DNA of 64,000 bases. Source: Macrostomum lignano (lineage: Eukaryota). A program made the position numbers and the translations under genes. Below are positions 12,201 through 24,677 of the stretch, in pieces. The stretch is taken from the NCBI GenBank assembly GCA_002269645.1, contig NIVC01002568.1:47112-111111 (forward strand). The letters are read 5' to 3'. Below the pieces are notes generated by a model. The model had not been told where the DNA came from. It did not search any database and saw nothing but the letters and a program-made list of their open reading frames with translations. Each line of letters opens with the position of its first letter. Position 1 is the stretch's first letter.

Positions 12201-15111
12201 GGCCCTCATGGCAAGCCCTCATTCACAAGGTTGGCTTTTATTTAAATCGTATGACAACCCCGGCCAATATTCGTACACAAGCTCCAAATTAATGTGGCCT
12301 TTCCCGGAATCGAATCAGGAATTCCCCTGAAGCTGCTCTGCCCCTTCATACTCGCCGCATACCTGCGGCAAAGCAATACCCAGCTTACCGAAACAAGAGG
12401 CGAAGAGATGCCGCCGCAGAGGTGGACCCAGTGCAGGGTGGGCAGAAGGCCGTAGCCCACCAGACAGCAGTACATGGGCAGCACAATGCGACGGAAGGCC
12501 CTGGACGATGTGCGCAGGCGCAGCGAGAAGTACAACACGGCAGCGCAAAGGCTGCAGCAGATGCACATGTACACCTGGCGCCAGTACTGCAGCAGAGAGG
12601 GCAATCAGTTGTTTAGTGAACACTTGCATATCAGATATAAAACGGCCCATTGAACTGCTTTTGAAGCTAAGGGGGTGATGGTGGGAGCATTTTATAAGCT
12701 CGAAAGTAGTTGCATCGTCTAAAAATGCTGCTTGATGAAAATTTTAACGATTTTGACTATGTAAAATTTATAGCTTCTGGATTCGACCGCAATTTTTGCT
12801 TTTGGCGATGTGAAATTTCTAGCTTGTGAAGTTTTGATCGCATCAAATTCACTGCCTTCGAGGATGTGAACTTTTTGAGCCTGCAAAGATCTTACCGGAT
12901 GGCAGCGGAATCCGAAGTGCACCGCGGGCAAATAGCAGCCGACGATGCCAACGCAGATGCCGGCCTGGTCCAGCGCCAGCCAGCGCTTGAACGCCCGCTG
13001 GGAGTGGCAGCGAAACGTGTGGTAGCCGGCCGAGAGCAGCATGCACGCCTGATGGGGCGGGGCGCAGTGAGGCATTGTGAATGAAATGCTTTAATAATCT
13101 GTTCTGATTTTGGTCCATCCTTTCTATTGGGTTCGACAATGCTTTCAGCGACGATAAAGTTGACAAGTTGGACAAGTTGACAAAGCAAAGTCAGGTCGAA
13201 CACTTCAAGTTTACCCAACAGTGTTGCCAAATCTGAGACTGGGTTGAAGGGCCGACTAGCCGTAGGCTTGAACTTGTGGTCTAATAGGGAGTATCTTATG
13301 TGCGGATTGACTTGATGTGTCTGAGGCGTCGCCTGCTAATTGCCAATCAATAAGGGCTCGATATCCGGAGTCCAGCGATGTAGGAGGGGAGGGGCGAGGA
13401 GGCAAGAGAGATTCTTACTCAAATATGAGCTCAGCTTTATGCATGTCTTTCAGCTGTTGGCGGTCGCATATGGGGAAAATCAGATGATGAGAAGTGCATT
13501 GAGAAGCACAGATAGACAATAAAAAAGGATTACACCTGCCCAGTTGGGTCAGATGTGCAACTGACAGCTCAGCCGCAGCTATTGCACGGCGCATCTGAAG
13601 GCTGCGTACGGCTGCTCAATCCAAAGACTGGGGGGCGGGGGGGGGTCCGCCACACACGCTCGATTGCCCCAGCTAATTCTGGTACCCATTTTACAGCTGA
13701 GTGGACTGAAGCAATGCAGAGTTATCTGTAAGTGTCTAGCTCAATTGCACAAATTGTTCCAGTACGATCGGGAATCGAACCCTCGACCTTCAAGTCGTGA
13801 GTCAAATGCTCTAACCACTAGGCTACACCCCATTGCAGATAGAAACAGCTAAATTTCACCAATTCAGTGCCAGCGCCAACCCAGGAGGCTCCCCAGGCTC
13901 ACCTGAAAGCAGAGCAGGGAAGCGGCCGTTACGACTCTGTCGCTGCGCTGCTCACCCCGAAGCCAGACAGGCTCGCAGAGATCCATCAGCATGAGCACAA
14001 AGAATAGAAAGAATGCCAGCAGATGTGACCAGATGTTGACTGTCTCATTGGTCCACAGGAACATGCTGGCAATGGTGCAAGTAGGCGAAAATGCATGCAA
14101 TTCAGAATAAACACTGGCGACCATCAGCCCATTTCGCCAACCCCTGAGCAGACGACGCTCAGCGCACACGCTGCATCTCGGTGGTTGGACGTCATGAGTA
14201 AAACAAATCGCCCACCTCCTGGCCAGCATTGCTGCGCCAACTCCAAAATTAATTTGGACGTGCAGCGAAATCGAATCAGGGAATTCCAAAGTGTACTGGC
14301 GAAATAGGAATGCTTCAGTTGTTAGCACAAAAGAATATACTTCCCAACAACTTTCTAAGATCATTTTAAAGCCGTTTAAAATCAATTCTAAGCCGTTATG
14401 CGTTTGGCCCAATGCGGTTTCACAAGCTTACCGACTGTCATTTCGGAAAGATCACTACTGCAGACTGACAAACTGGCCTACCTCTCCAATTTGCTTCTTT
14501 CTAAACGGATTTTCTCGACTAACTGCTCCAGTTCGAAAGTTGTCCATGGAACCCCCATTTGCAGATGGAATGCAGTCAAATAATTCGTGTAGAAACTCTC
14601 AGTACTTCTGTTTCATTCCGATTTTTTTTAGAATTCTAAACTTATCAGCCTCCAATCAGACAGCAACTTAATATGTATATTGGAAGTTCACACGATGATA
14701 AAATCCCTAGCTATTGCCCCGTCTCAAAGCGAAACCAGGTCTCCGAAAATTATTTCATAAATTTGAGTTGTGGCAGGCAACTCACCTCTTGAGGCACTGG
14801 AAGGCAGTCAGGTAGCTCGTGTAGCCATTTCTCAGATAGGCATTGTGCTGCAGGAAATGCGGTACATCGTCCAGCCTTCTTACTACAATTGGGTCGCCCT
14901 GGCAGGAGGCTGGTAGACTGCAGCGCTTCAACCTGAACAGGTCCTCCTCATTGACCTCCACATCCAGAATGAGGCAGCGGGATGAGCCATTGCGGCCTGC
15001 ATGCTTGTACTCTGTGCGGACTGAGGCTGGCATGGCAGCAGAGAGGAAGACAGGGTAGCTTAGCTGAACCTCTGAGGCAGGTGTGCACTCAAGTATTAGC
15101 AATGTTGGCAT
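9272..15111 (-). CDS. PAQR3: PAQR3-like progestin/adipoQ receptor; exons 15111-14786, 14065-13903, 13048-12896, 12586-12389, 11672-11582, 9438-9272
   Basis: PAQR motifs NETVNIWSH, SAGYHTFRCHS..LDQAGI, FYVSQFPERCLPGRFDFAGHSHNHWH. All six exons join in frame via GT-AG. Confidence 0.88.
10215..11246. repeat. 27-bp minisatellite, about 38 copies, in the last PAQR3 intron
   Basis: Unit GAAGCGCCGAGACATCATCCCACCCTA with a few recurrent variants. Confidence 0.97.
11837..12225. repeat. 67-bp minisatellite, about 6 copies, in PAQR3 intron 4
   Basis: AATGTACACTCTGTGCCTTGGGGGTTGGCCCTCATGGCAAGCCC... recurs at 11974, 12041, 12108. Confidence 0.95.
13521..13831 (-). mobile_element. tRNA-derived SINE in PAQR3 intron 2
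   Basis: Pol III A box TAGCCTAGTGG (13825-13815), B box GGTTCGATTCC (13781-13771), central CCACTCAGCTGTAAAATGGGTACC motif (13705-13681), ends in a T-run. Confidence 0.75.
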
Positions 15112-16014
15112 TCATCTAGCAAGTGGGCTTTTGAAAAATGAAATAGATGGAACCTTTATATGAAAATACTAATATGCAGTAGAATTCAGTTATTAAAGCA
15201 GCCAATGCTATACATGTTTTCCTTAATTTATAAATATTATAAATCATATTCATATATTAGATATCTTTGGCACCAAAGCTCATTTGACAAATTGTAGCTT
15301 AATATGAATATTAAGATGCTCCATTAAATATACTTTAAATAAACTTTCTATTCTCATCTTAAAAAATGTTAGAATTTGATAATGCCTATAATTATTTTAT
15401 CTTTTTAATTATTTACATTTAATAATCCAAGGTGATAACCTTGGAAAAACTACTTTTCTAATTTAGACTTTTTGTGGTATAAATTTGAATATCAATCTAT
15501 TATATAGCTTATATTGATCTACCACAATACACATTGCATGCCATTTGTGTATGCTCATAACTACACTTTCTTCAGTTGCACAGATATTTAAAAATAAAAT
15601 GCATCTTGTGTATGCTGACATTTTTAAATGCATGCCAGAAAATTTTGGCATGCACTATATCTTCTAGAGATAGGTATATACCATAGTCTGGATCATGCTA
15701 GATGCACATCTAAACAAAAATTGATAATTATAAATGCACGCCAAAAAAATTAAGTGTATGCCCATTTTTAAAACTCCACTAGTGTTGCAACATATGACCT
15801 ATTTAATGTTATAATAAAAATGACCTTTTTCATTGCATAATAAATCCTTTTGATAGATAATTTGGTTAATTTTCCTGCTTTTTGGCAAAACAATTTATAG
15901 TGAAAAATTGATATATGCAAAGATTTGTTTAAATGCCCTATTGTGAGCTTAAAAACCCAGAAAGTAGGAAATTTACATTCAAAAATGAACTTTGCCTCAA
16001 AAATGAAAAAAGCT

Positions 16015-17160
16015 AAGAAGGACAAGTTTTTTAAGTTAATCAATTCTACTCATGAGAATATCAAATTCACGATGGAGGGGGGAGGCAGAAGACTTCCTTT
16101 CTTAGACATTGACGTTGACGCCACCAATGAAACTATTTCGACCAGCGTGTATAGGAAACCTAGCTTTACCGGGCTTATGCTTAGGTTTGACACCTTGTGC
16201 CCTAGACAATGGAAAACTGGATTGATTCGTTGCTTTCTTCACTGGGCTTTTTCCACTTGCAGCTCTTGGAGACTTTTCCACAATGAAGTTGAAATCCTCA
16301 CCAATCTGCTCAGCTACAATGGCTATCCTAAGAACTTTGTAATGAAAATTGTCAACTCTTTTCTTAATGACAAACTGACTGAACCTACTCGGATGAAAGT
16401 TCGTGATTCCACCTCTGAATGTCCCTTGATCACTTTGCCTTACTTTGGTATTTGTTCTATAGAGTTTAAAAAGAAGTTAGAAAAGCTGCTCCGTAAAGAC
16501 TTAAACATTCAAATCTGTGTTGTGTTTCGCACCGAAAAGATTGCTAAGTTTGTCTGCAAGTTGAAATCCAGTGTTCCACATCCTCTCGCAGCTGGTGTCG
16601 TGTATAAATTTGTTTGCTCTGAGGACCAGAGCATCTCCTACATGGGAAAAACTAAACAACACTTATACACGAGGGTCAGAGAGCACTGGCTAAAAAACTC
16701 TGCTATTAACGAACACCTACTAACCTACAATTCTTGTTGTGAGGCTGAACCACACGAAATGATAAAGGCTATTGATTTTTGTAATAGAGATCACATGCTC
16801 TGCCTATTAGAAGCCCTGTACATTAAGACCAAACAGCCCACATTAAATAACCAACTTGCGATGGGTGGGGCTAGCTGTCAACTCAGAATTTTTTAGCTGA
16901 TTTGTCAATGACCGGACTGGCTTGAAACTGATATGCACTTTACCCAACCAATACTATATAAAAAAAATTGATTACTATGTACAAGTTTTAAACCATCAAT
17001 TAAAAACTCAATTCAACTACTCTTGTTACTCTCAACTATCTATATATACTGAATATTCGTTCAAATTGTTTCTTAAATAAAAAGACCCTGACAATGTCCT
17101 AATGCAAATAGACGAAATGCATCGGCAACTCAAATAATACTTCATGTTGATATTTACCTT
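16015..17160 (+). mobile_element. 5'-truncated Penelope-like element: RT thumb + GIY-YIG endonuclease (ORF to 16896) + 3' UTR
   Basis: IKFTME..LPFLDI..VYRKPSFTG (PLE RT C-terminus) and GVVYKFVC..SYMGKTKQHLYTRVREH (GIY-YIG). The first ~30 codons of ORF 15925 are flanking A-rich sequence. Confidence 0.9.
17084..17127 (+). ncRNA. Minimal type-I hammerhead ribozyme-like motif with a G8A core variant
   Basis: CC-CTGACAA-T-GTC(12 nt)GAC-GAA-ATGCAT-C-GG. Palindromic stem III and location in a PLE 3' UTR match the minimal PLE hammerheads. Confidence 0.6.
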
Positions 17161-17570
17161 TATTTATGAACTTTTTTTTCACTTTTTTCTACTTCACAAT
17201 AACTTTTCTGCAATTTTATAAAGTGCATGCAAGGTGTATTTTCTTAGGAGTGATACACACCAACTATGCATGCCTACTTTTGGCATGCAAAGCCAATGCA
17301 CGCCTAAATTTTTGGGCATATACTACATGATCTGGAGTGTGGGGTGTATATAGTGTGCAAGACAAAAATTCTTAGATTGTAGTGCATTCACTATATTATA
17401 AGTATTATAGCATATTTCTATTTTCTATAATATTCTATAACATGTTTAAATCTTCATATTCTAGAAAGTTCTCCAACTAAACAACGCGCGTATATGGTAT
17501 AAGATAGGCCTAGCGTACAGTAAGTACAATACTTATATTCTAGAAACTTCCGCGTAAACACGCACTTTCT

Positions 17571-17753
17571 ATATTTGGCATTTTGAACTCCTGCGTACCC
17601 CTTTCTAAAAACCACTTCTCGAACTTTCCGGATTCCGGAACACTGTTAGGGTACTGTATATTTATATACGTGTTGATAGAACATTCCGGAATCCGGAAAG
17701 TTCGAGAAGTGGTTTTTAGAAAGGGGTACGCGGGAGTTCAAAATGCCAAATAT
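17571..17753. repeat. Near-perfect inverted repeat, 70-bp arms, 43-bp spacer
   Basis: 17571-17640 is the reverse complement of 17684-17753, with one mismatch (a G-T wobble). Confidence 0.95.
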
Positions 17754-18233
17754 GCCAAATAATGCCAAATAACACGCAATTACTCAATTCCCTCTATTCT
17801 TTTCCACACGGAAAACAATCAAAGAAAAATTAAAGCAAATGAACCACCGCATTTCACGCCTCAATTATTTTCCCAATCTTACAATATGCATACTGCATAG
17901 TGTTTACTTGGGATTATGTATAGCAACAAAATGATGATCCTAAAGTTTAAAACATTTTAACTACTTTATATGTCTAGGCCTAGGCCTATTGCCTATAATA
18001 TAATGTTAGAGGGCCTATTCTATAGTATAAAGTATCATAGGCTATCAATTATTGATATTGTTGAGTTGACACAATTTACTAGGCCTAGCCTACTGAATAC
18101 TCCCAGATTACTATAACCTTTGGAAAACATAGTTAAAGTTATAGAGTTGCAAAACTTTCCAATACATTTATAACTTATTTGTATAATATATTTTTCCTAA
18201 GGCCAAGGGCCCAAGGGGCATAGACACTTCTAA

Positions 18234-18613
18234 AGGCTTTTCACAAAGATTGGTTCTAGAACCAGAATAATTCCGATTCCAAAACTAGAATCTGTAGGAA
18301 AATGAAAAGCCTCGAACCGATTTTATGTTTGTCAGTCTTACAATTTAATTTAATTTTGTCCTTCACTTTACTTCACTTTGTTTCTCCTCTTGTGGATATG
18401 AGAAAAACAATAATAATAGGGCCTAAAACAATAAAAAATTAATGATTTAAAATATATTTTACTGTTAAAGTGTAAACATGACAGTAAATCCAGATTCCAG
18501 AATTCCAGAACCAGAGCACGGTTCTGGAATGGATTCTGAAAATGGAACAGACAAAATGAAAAGCTTCGAACCGTTTCTGGTTCTGGAATCGGTAACGGTA
18601 ATATGAAAAGCCT
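18234..18613. mobile_element. PIF/Harbinger-like MITE
   Basis: Termini AGGCTTTTCA / TGAAAAGCCT, TAA-like flanks, internal GGTTCTGGAA / TTCCAGAACC motifs. The TSD is imperfect. Confidence 0.5.
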
Positions 18614-18943
18614 AACTGATTTTTATGAATTGTGCCAAAACTTTAAGCTACTAGTAGACTTTGTGCTAGGGCTACTTGAAATTGAAACTGCTTACTAGGC
18701 AGGCCTACTTTAATTTTACTTACCTAAACTGGCTAACTTCTAATCTGAAATCTGAATTTTTTCCAGTATTCGCATTTCCTCGAAACTCATTTCATCATTT
18801 CATATCTGCTCTACACCGTTTATAACGACAACAAGAGCTTTCTATAGTGCTAGAAATGAGCATAATTTCTAAAAAGAAATTAAAAATCTGTTCATATATT
18901 TGCTTACAAAAATAAATTAAAAAAAACTAAAAAATATTTTTAA

Positions 18944-19094
18944 ATATTTAAATTTCAGAATCATAGCGCGGTTTTGGAGCCGATAATCAAAGCCTATCAT
19001 CGCTTTTGGCCTATTAAGGCCTATTACATGTAGTTGCCAAATAGGCTTTAATTATCGGCTCCAGAATCGCGCTATGAAACTGAAATGTAAATAT
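18944..19094. repeat. Imperfect inverted repeat (about 54-bp arms), probable small MITE remnant
   Basis: TCATAGCGCGGTTTTGGAGCCGATAATCAAAGCCTAT pairs with ATAGGCTTTAATTATCGGCTCCAGAATCGCGCTATGA. Confidence 0.8.
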
Positions 19095-19749
19095 TTTTTA
19101 ACATATTTCTCAACAACTTTAATTTCGCTGCAAGCGATTATGATGTCCAAAACTGGCGCGTCGTCAACTTAGACAAACTCGAAACCTGTTTTGGAAAGAA
19201 ATGTGCAGCGAGTGAATATCACTGCATTTAAAACTTTCTAGATACCGTATGAAGCTTACATATAGGAGCACAGCACGTACATTGCTGATCGGTTAGACCT
19301 GTTTCTTTTATTCCATTCTCTTAATGCAGTGTTCCCTAACTCCATTGATCGCTAATTGATCATCTGCGCGCCTGCAGGAAATAGATCGAACAATTTTCAG
19401 TGAGTACGATAAAATCAAAATGGATGCTGTATACATGGATCTGCAGTGGTTTCGAAATCGAAAAATTTATAAACTTCCTCAGAAGCGTTTTTTTAGTTTG
19501 AACTGACCGCGTGCACCTGACCGACATACTCGTACTGTGCGTAACGCACACTAAATTTCTCCCCCTTCGGAATAGACTGTGAGGAAGAAAATTGATTAAA
19601 AAGAAATTCTCGAAAGACTGAATCTGTGAATTAAATATTGAGGAAGTAAAATATTTTAATTAAATGCAAGAGCAAAAATACATGTATTTCAAAAACCCAC
19701 AAGGCATATTTTTAGAAAAAAAGTTAATTTCAGACAACTGGATTCACAA

Positions 19750-21950
19750 ATTCAGTCCTTGTAGATGTTCACGCCACCCTGAAGAGCAGCGCGGGGGTGT
19801 GGGCACAGCGCCAGGCGAGGGCTCGCCTCGTCTGGAGCTCTCGGTGTAGCGGTCTGCGTCTTGGGCGCCACAGCGCCGGCCAAGTTGGCTGACGACGACT
19901 TTGACCGCCGATCCAGGCGTAAGCGGCAGCGAGTTGCTGGCCACCCGCTGCATGCACCGTCCAGGCACCTCGAATGGCGCCTGCGTCTTGACGGCACAGA
20001 CCCACCCTCGCAGCATCGAGTCGCCGACCTGGACGTTGTGCCGCGTGGCTGCACCCTTGCATGCTGCTTCATCAACGCCTTGGCGCCGGCATCCGCTTTT
20101 CTCAGCCGCTGCTCGTTGATGCCGACTCGCTGAGAGCTGGACGGGCAGCGGGATTGCGTCGTTTGGCCGCCGACTCATCAGCAGCTCGGCTGGTGCGCGC
20201 ATGATGGCCGTGTACGGTGTATTCCTGTAGGCCAGCTGCAGTCACTCGTCCAGAGCGGCCCTCCAGTCCAGCCGCTCCTCGATGGCTGCTCACACGACTC
20301 TGTTGATGGAGCGTGAGTCGCTCTATCATGCCGTTGGCCGGAGGTTAGTAGGGCATGATGAGGTGGTGCTTGATCCCGTAACTCGCCAGGAACCGTCCAA
20401 ACTCTTTGGACGAGAATGGCGGTCCATTATCTGTCAAGAGCTCTTGCGGGATCCCGAAGCCAGCAAACATCTCTCATAGGCGGGGTAATCAGTGCCTCGG
20501 CCGTCGTCGTCTGCATGATGCCTCTGGAAACCTCGAGTAGCGGTCCACGCACACCAGAAACATTTTGTTGTTGATGGGTCACACAAAGTCGGTGCTAATC
20601 GACAGCCAGGCTCCCGCGAGGAGGCGCGGCCCAGAGGCGATTACCGGGAGGCGTGGCCCGGAGGCTGGCGTGTGCGACTTTACGGCGTAGCTGCGGTTAT
20701 ATCAACTGACAAACTTCTCCGCTTGAGTTGCCATCCTCAGCCACCAGATCTTTATGCCGAATCTGGCGATCGTCTTTTAGGAGCCCTTGGTGATAGTGAC
20801 CAGCTGGCACGACGATTCGCTGGTGCCGAATGAGGACTCCATCCACCGCGGACAGCTCCTCTTGCAGCGCGTGGAGGGACCCTATCTGGGCTCTGGAGCG
20901 ATCTCAACGACCGCTTTGTGTCACCGCTACAGCCGCCCGGATGACTCTAGTCGACGCTCTTCCTGGTCAGGCGCCGCAGCGATTCCGCCACCTTGGCTAG
21001 CTGTGGCGTGAACACGGCGAGGTAATTCACGAGGCCCAGGAATGAGCGTTGGGGCTCCTTGAAGTCTTAAACGGCGGCAACCTTGCTTTCAAGCCGCATT
21101 CCCATGAAATTTGCCCACCGAGTCTGCCAGGTGAATCGGACCTTCGAAGGCGCATGGCAGACCAGGCGGGCGTTGTCGATGAGGTTTACCTGGTATGTTA
21201 GCAGGCGGTCCGTGAAGCAGCCAAAGTCGCTAAACACGCTGGCGTGCTTGAGCAGTTTTCTGACGATGTCCTCGACGTGTCCTTGGTGCACTCCGCTAGA
21301 TCTCGCCGTTAGCCGTCGACGGCAGGCTCTGCATCAGCGATCTGCAGTACCTGCTGGCCGGCTGTCGGTGGTGGCCCCACCTGCAGGATGTCCATCCGAG
21401 TGGCCGTCTCCCTGCCAATTATGGTGATGCTTTTTCCTTCGACGATGTGAAACGTGGCGACTGCATACCTGCCGGTCGAAAATGGGGACGGTCGTCGCCG
21501 TCTTGCCCAGCAGCTGCATGCCGGTCCGACCCGTACACGAACAGCCTGTCTGAGGTGGCCTGCAGGCGCGGCCGCTGTCTCAGACTCTCGAACGTGGCCC
21601 GTTTGATCACATTTGAGCCGTTCCGCTGTCAATCAACACCGACAGTCTGGAGCCGTTGATCTCCTGGGTGTGCCGACTTCTCGACCCCAAATATGCCGGC
21701 GTCCGGGTCGTCCACCTTCTTGTAGCTGGTCTCGTCTTGCAGCGTCGCGACGGCGCTGGAGTCGCTCTGCGGGCGTCCTGCCTGGGCCTGCAAGCTCACG
21801 CGAAGTGGCCGAGCTTCGCGCACTTTTTGCGGCTCTTGCCCTGCGCTGCTATGCAGGTGGGGCGCCCCGGTGTTAGGGTTTCTGTTCTCCGGTGTTTGTT
21901 TTCTCCGGCCCGGAGATCCAACACGAAAAATCACGCGATTTTGCGATCGC
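19750..21950 (-). mobile_element. Degenerate, internally deleted Ty3/Gypsy remnant (gag knuckle, protease end, RT start, integrase core)
   Basis: Decayed knuckle KKCAKLGHFA*AC (about 21790-21840), IIGRE, YQVNLIDNARLV, integrase GIPQELLTDNGPPFSSKEF..PANGMIER..YRNTP (about 20150-20540), with stops and frameshifts. No LTR pair found. Confidence 0.8.
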
Positions 21951-23116
21951 CCGCACGGATATCAGGAACCATGACATAAGATATGGTTAGAGATCGCCGC
22001 CATGCTAGACTCTCCGGAGTATCATCTTAGAAAATAAGAGCTATATAAAATTTTTCTGATTTTAGAAGCCCAGGATGTGAGCAGCCTAGCTTGCGCAACA
22101 TTCTTCGATAAGTTCATCTATCTAGTACATAGTACATTCACATGCCCTGTGAGGGCTAAATTTAGGGTTGGTCAGACTTGTGCATCATTTTTCGTTTCTT
22201 TGTGCATAAGTCAAATGATTTGATTGTCATATAAGCAGTGAAATAAAAAGTATGATGAGCAAAGAGAAAAGATGCGACAGCGTCATTTGGTTTCGGCTGC
22301 TGGAGCTCAAGAAATCTTAGAAATTAGTCATGCGACGAACACTAGTTTTTTTTCTCGTAAGCTTCGAGATGCGAATTTCAGGGCAAAATATTTGGCTTTT
22401 TCTTTTCCATAGAGCATTGATTCTAAAGATGCTTCTGTACAGGCTATTCATTGTTACTGTGACCTGGTCATAACCTGGTCATACGAAAAACCTATCGCAG
22501 ACGTACAGGTACAGATGCCACTGGTTCTGTGCCCATCGCATCAGATAAATAGAGTCAAAAGACGAAATAATAATTCAAAAAAGTTTTCAAATTGTAATTC
22601 TGAGTCTTGGTATTCAATAGTGTTTCTTGATGTCATGTTAATATTAGAGGCCTTTTTGAAAATGTATACAAAAGGTATATACTGAAGCTGTGACCTACAA
22701 AGCTTAATTAATACAATACTTGTAGATTTATTAAATAAGATATATCTGCAGAGATTTCAAAACAGTACTATAAGCAAGGCGGAAATATAAATAAATATTT
22801 TAGATAAAAGAGACGTGAACCAAATACGAAAAACACTCTGAAAAAAGATCTGCATTCAATGATAAGAATCTTTCCATGCCCGCTGTATAGAGAGGGCCCT
22901 AACAAAAAATTATAAAATTCTTTTAGCTACCTCAATCTGTAGGTGAACTATTAATGGCATCCAATATACCTGTAAAAATATTTAAACATTTTTTCGTATC
23001 ACTACGGTGCAGAAAAAGAAGCTTTTAAATCGGTTTTAGGCAATTAAAAAACCGCCACCACTATTCGCGCTATCAAATTCCTCATCATAGTGGCATTGGA
23101 TAACTATTGTTTGTCA

Positions 23117-24628
23117 TCAAGCTCTGTAACTGAAGATTATCTTGTGGGCCGCCGGAGTCCTGATTGAGTTGCCCTTGAATATCTCTGGGTCCTCCGTGAG
23201 GTCCCACAGGGTGCGGCTGTCCTGGGGATCCAGGCTGAAGCGGTAGCGCTGCATGAGAGCAGAAAAGAAGACGAACAGCTCCATCCTCGCTAGGCTTTCG
23301 CCGAGGCAAGCCCGTCTGCCCAAGCCGAAAGTGGCCAGGTGAGGACACGGCACAAACTGGCTGTCCTTTAAGTGCCGCTCCGGAAGGAACTTAGTAGGCT
23401 CCGGGAACAGCTCGGGATCGTGATGGATGGAGTACACATTGAATGCACAGATACTGTCAGCTTTCAGTGGAACTCCGGACACAGTGATATCTGAGGTGAT
23501 TCGGTGCAAGACCCCCAATGGCACTAAAGAGGCTCTCCGATGGACCTCTTCGATGGCTGCTTGGGTGTAGTGCAGCACGGACCTGTCTTGCATTGTCGGC
23601 AGCCTCTCGCGACCAATTTTCTCGACGATCTCTTCGTACACCTTGTCGGCTACGTCGGGATTTTCGATCATAAAGAGGATGGCCCAGCGCAAAGTGTTTG
23701 CTGTCGTGTCCGTGCCCGCTAGGAACAGCTCCGTCACTGCCATGGCCAGTCGTGTGTCGTTGAACAGCTCCGGCCGGATGTTCTGATGCTGCAGGTGTGC
23801 CTCTATGTAGTCCTTGGCGCGGTCCACCTTCTCCATCTCGGCCGCGTGCTTGTCCCGCTGCTGGCAGCAGTAGTCGTGCAGCTTTTTGAAGTTTGCCAGC
23901 GTCACAGAAGTGCTTGGTAGGAGCTTCAGCAGCGGTAGCAGCATCGGAAGTCTGTCAACCACCGCCAAGACAGACAGTACAACACTCTGTGTGATGTTCG
24001 AGCTGCCAGCCTGAGAGATTTTGTGAAACACATCGAGCAGCTCGTGGAAATACGGATCTTCGGAGGCCAGGCGTGAACCGAACACGAGCTGGCAGATGAT
24101 GTTGCTGGCGGCGGAGCTCATGAGGACGGTTGTGTCCATGGGAGCTCCGGCGGCTGCTTCAATTGAGCGGTGCAGATGGTCGGTCTCAACAGCGATGATT
24201 TCTTCGGCTCCGCGCCGCCCGAAGCCGAAGTCACGGAGCGTCTTCAGAGTAAATCGGCGGTACTCCCGCCAAATCTCCCCGTCAGACATGACAATACCAC
24301 CGATGTCGCCGAAGACACTGGCTGCAAGTGTCTGGCTCTGCCGGCCGCTCAGCTGCTCTGCATTGTCCACCATTGCTTCTTTGAAGGCCGACCATCTGTT
24401 AAACACGTAGACACACTGCGTGCCAAAGTAGACGCGAACAATTGGCTCTGTGCCAAATCGCTCGTAGAGGGACAGGTACATGGGCTCCGGCAGGTGGCGC
24501 AGACTTCCGATCATGGGGTACCTGCCAACCGATGGCGCATCCTTGCCGTTGAAGCGCTTGCTGCTGAACCAGTAGAAGCCCAGAGCCGCCGCACCGCCAG
24601 CGATCGCCAGAGTTGTTGCCGTGGCCAT
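23117..24628 (-). CDS. Cytochrome P450, clan 2-like, intronless (503 aa)
   Basis: N-terminal membrane anchor, WREYRR, AGTDTT, EVHR, PERH, heme motif FGLGRRACLG. Confidence 0.95.
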   Translation of the reverse strand: MATATTLAIAGGAAALGFYWFSSKRFNGKDAPSVGRYPMIGSLRHLPEPMYLSLYERFGTEPIVRVYFGTQCVYVFNRWSAFKEAMVDNAEQLSGRQSQTLAASVFGDIGGIVMSDGEIWREYRRFTLKTLRDFGFGRRGAEEIIAVETDHLHRSIEAAAGAPMDTTVLMSSAASNIICQLVFGSRLASEDPYFHELLDVFHKISQAGSSNITQSVVLSVLAVVDRLPMLLPLLKLLPSTSVTLANFKKLHDYCCQQRDKHAAEMEKVDRAKDYIEAHLQHQNIRPELFNDTRLAMAVTELFLAGTDTTANTLRWAILFMIENPDVADKVYEEIVEKIGRERLPTMQDRSVLHYTQAAIEEVHRRASLVPLGVLHRITSDITVSGVPLKADSICAFNVYSIHHDPELFPEPTKFLPERHLKDSQFVPCPHLATFGLGRRACLGESLARMELFVFFSALMQRYRFSLDPQDSRTLWDLTEDPEIFKGNSIRTPAAHKIIFSYRA

Positions 24629-24677
24629 TTTGTGTTCCAGTTGTACCTTGGCAAAAGAGTGCAGTGAACTGGCATAA

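Larger units (their letters stand above)
15681..17342. mobile_element. Non-autonomous TIR element with 8-bp TSD, interrupted by the Penelope-like insertion
   Basis: Termini CCATAGTCTGGATCATG vs CCACACTCCAGATCATG (reverse complement, 13/17). Flanks GGTATATA / GGTGTATA. Confidence 0.55.

Noticed and set aside
21990-22140. PBS/LTR for the second Gypsy remnant (CA-TGGCGGCG on the minus strand)
   Set aside because: No matching LTR near 19400-19750 and too little room for gag.
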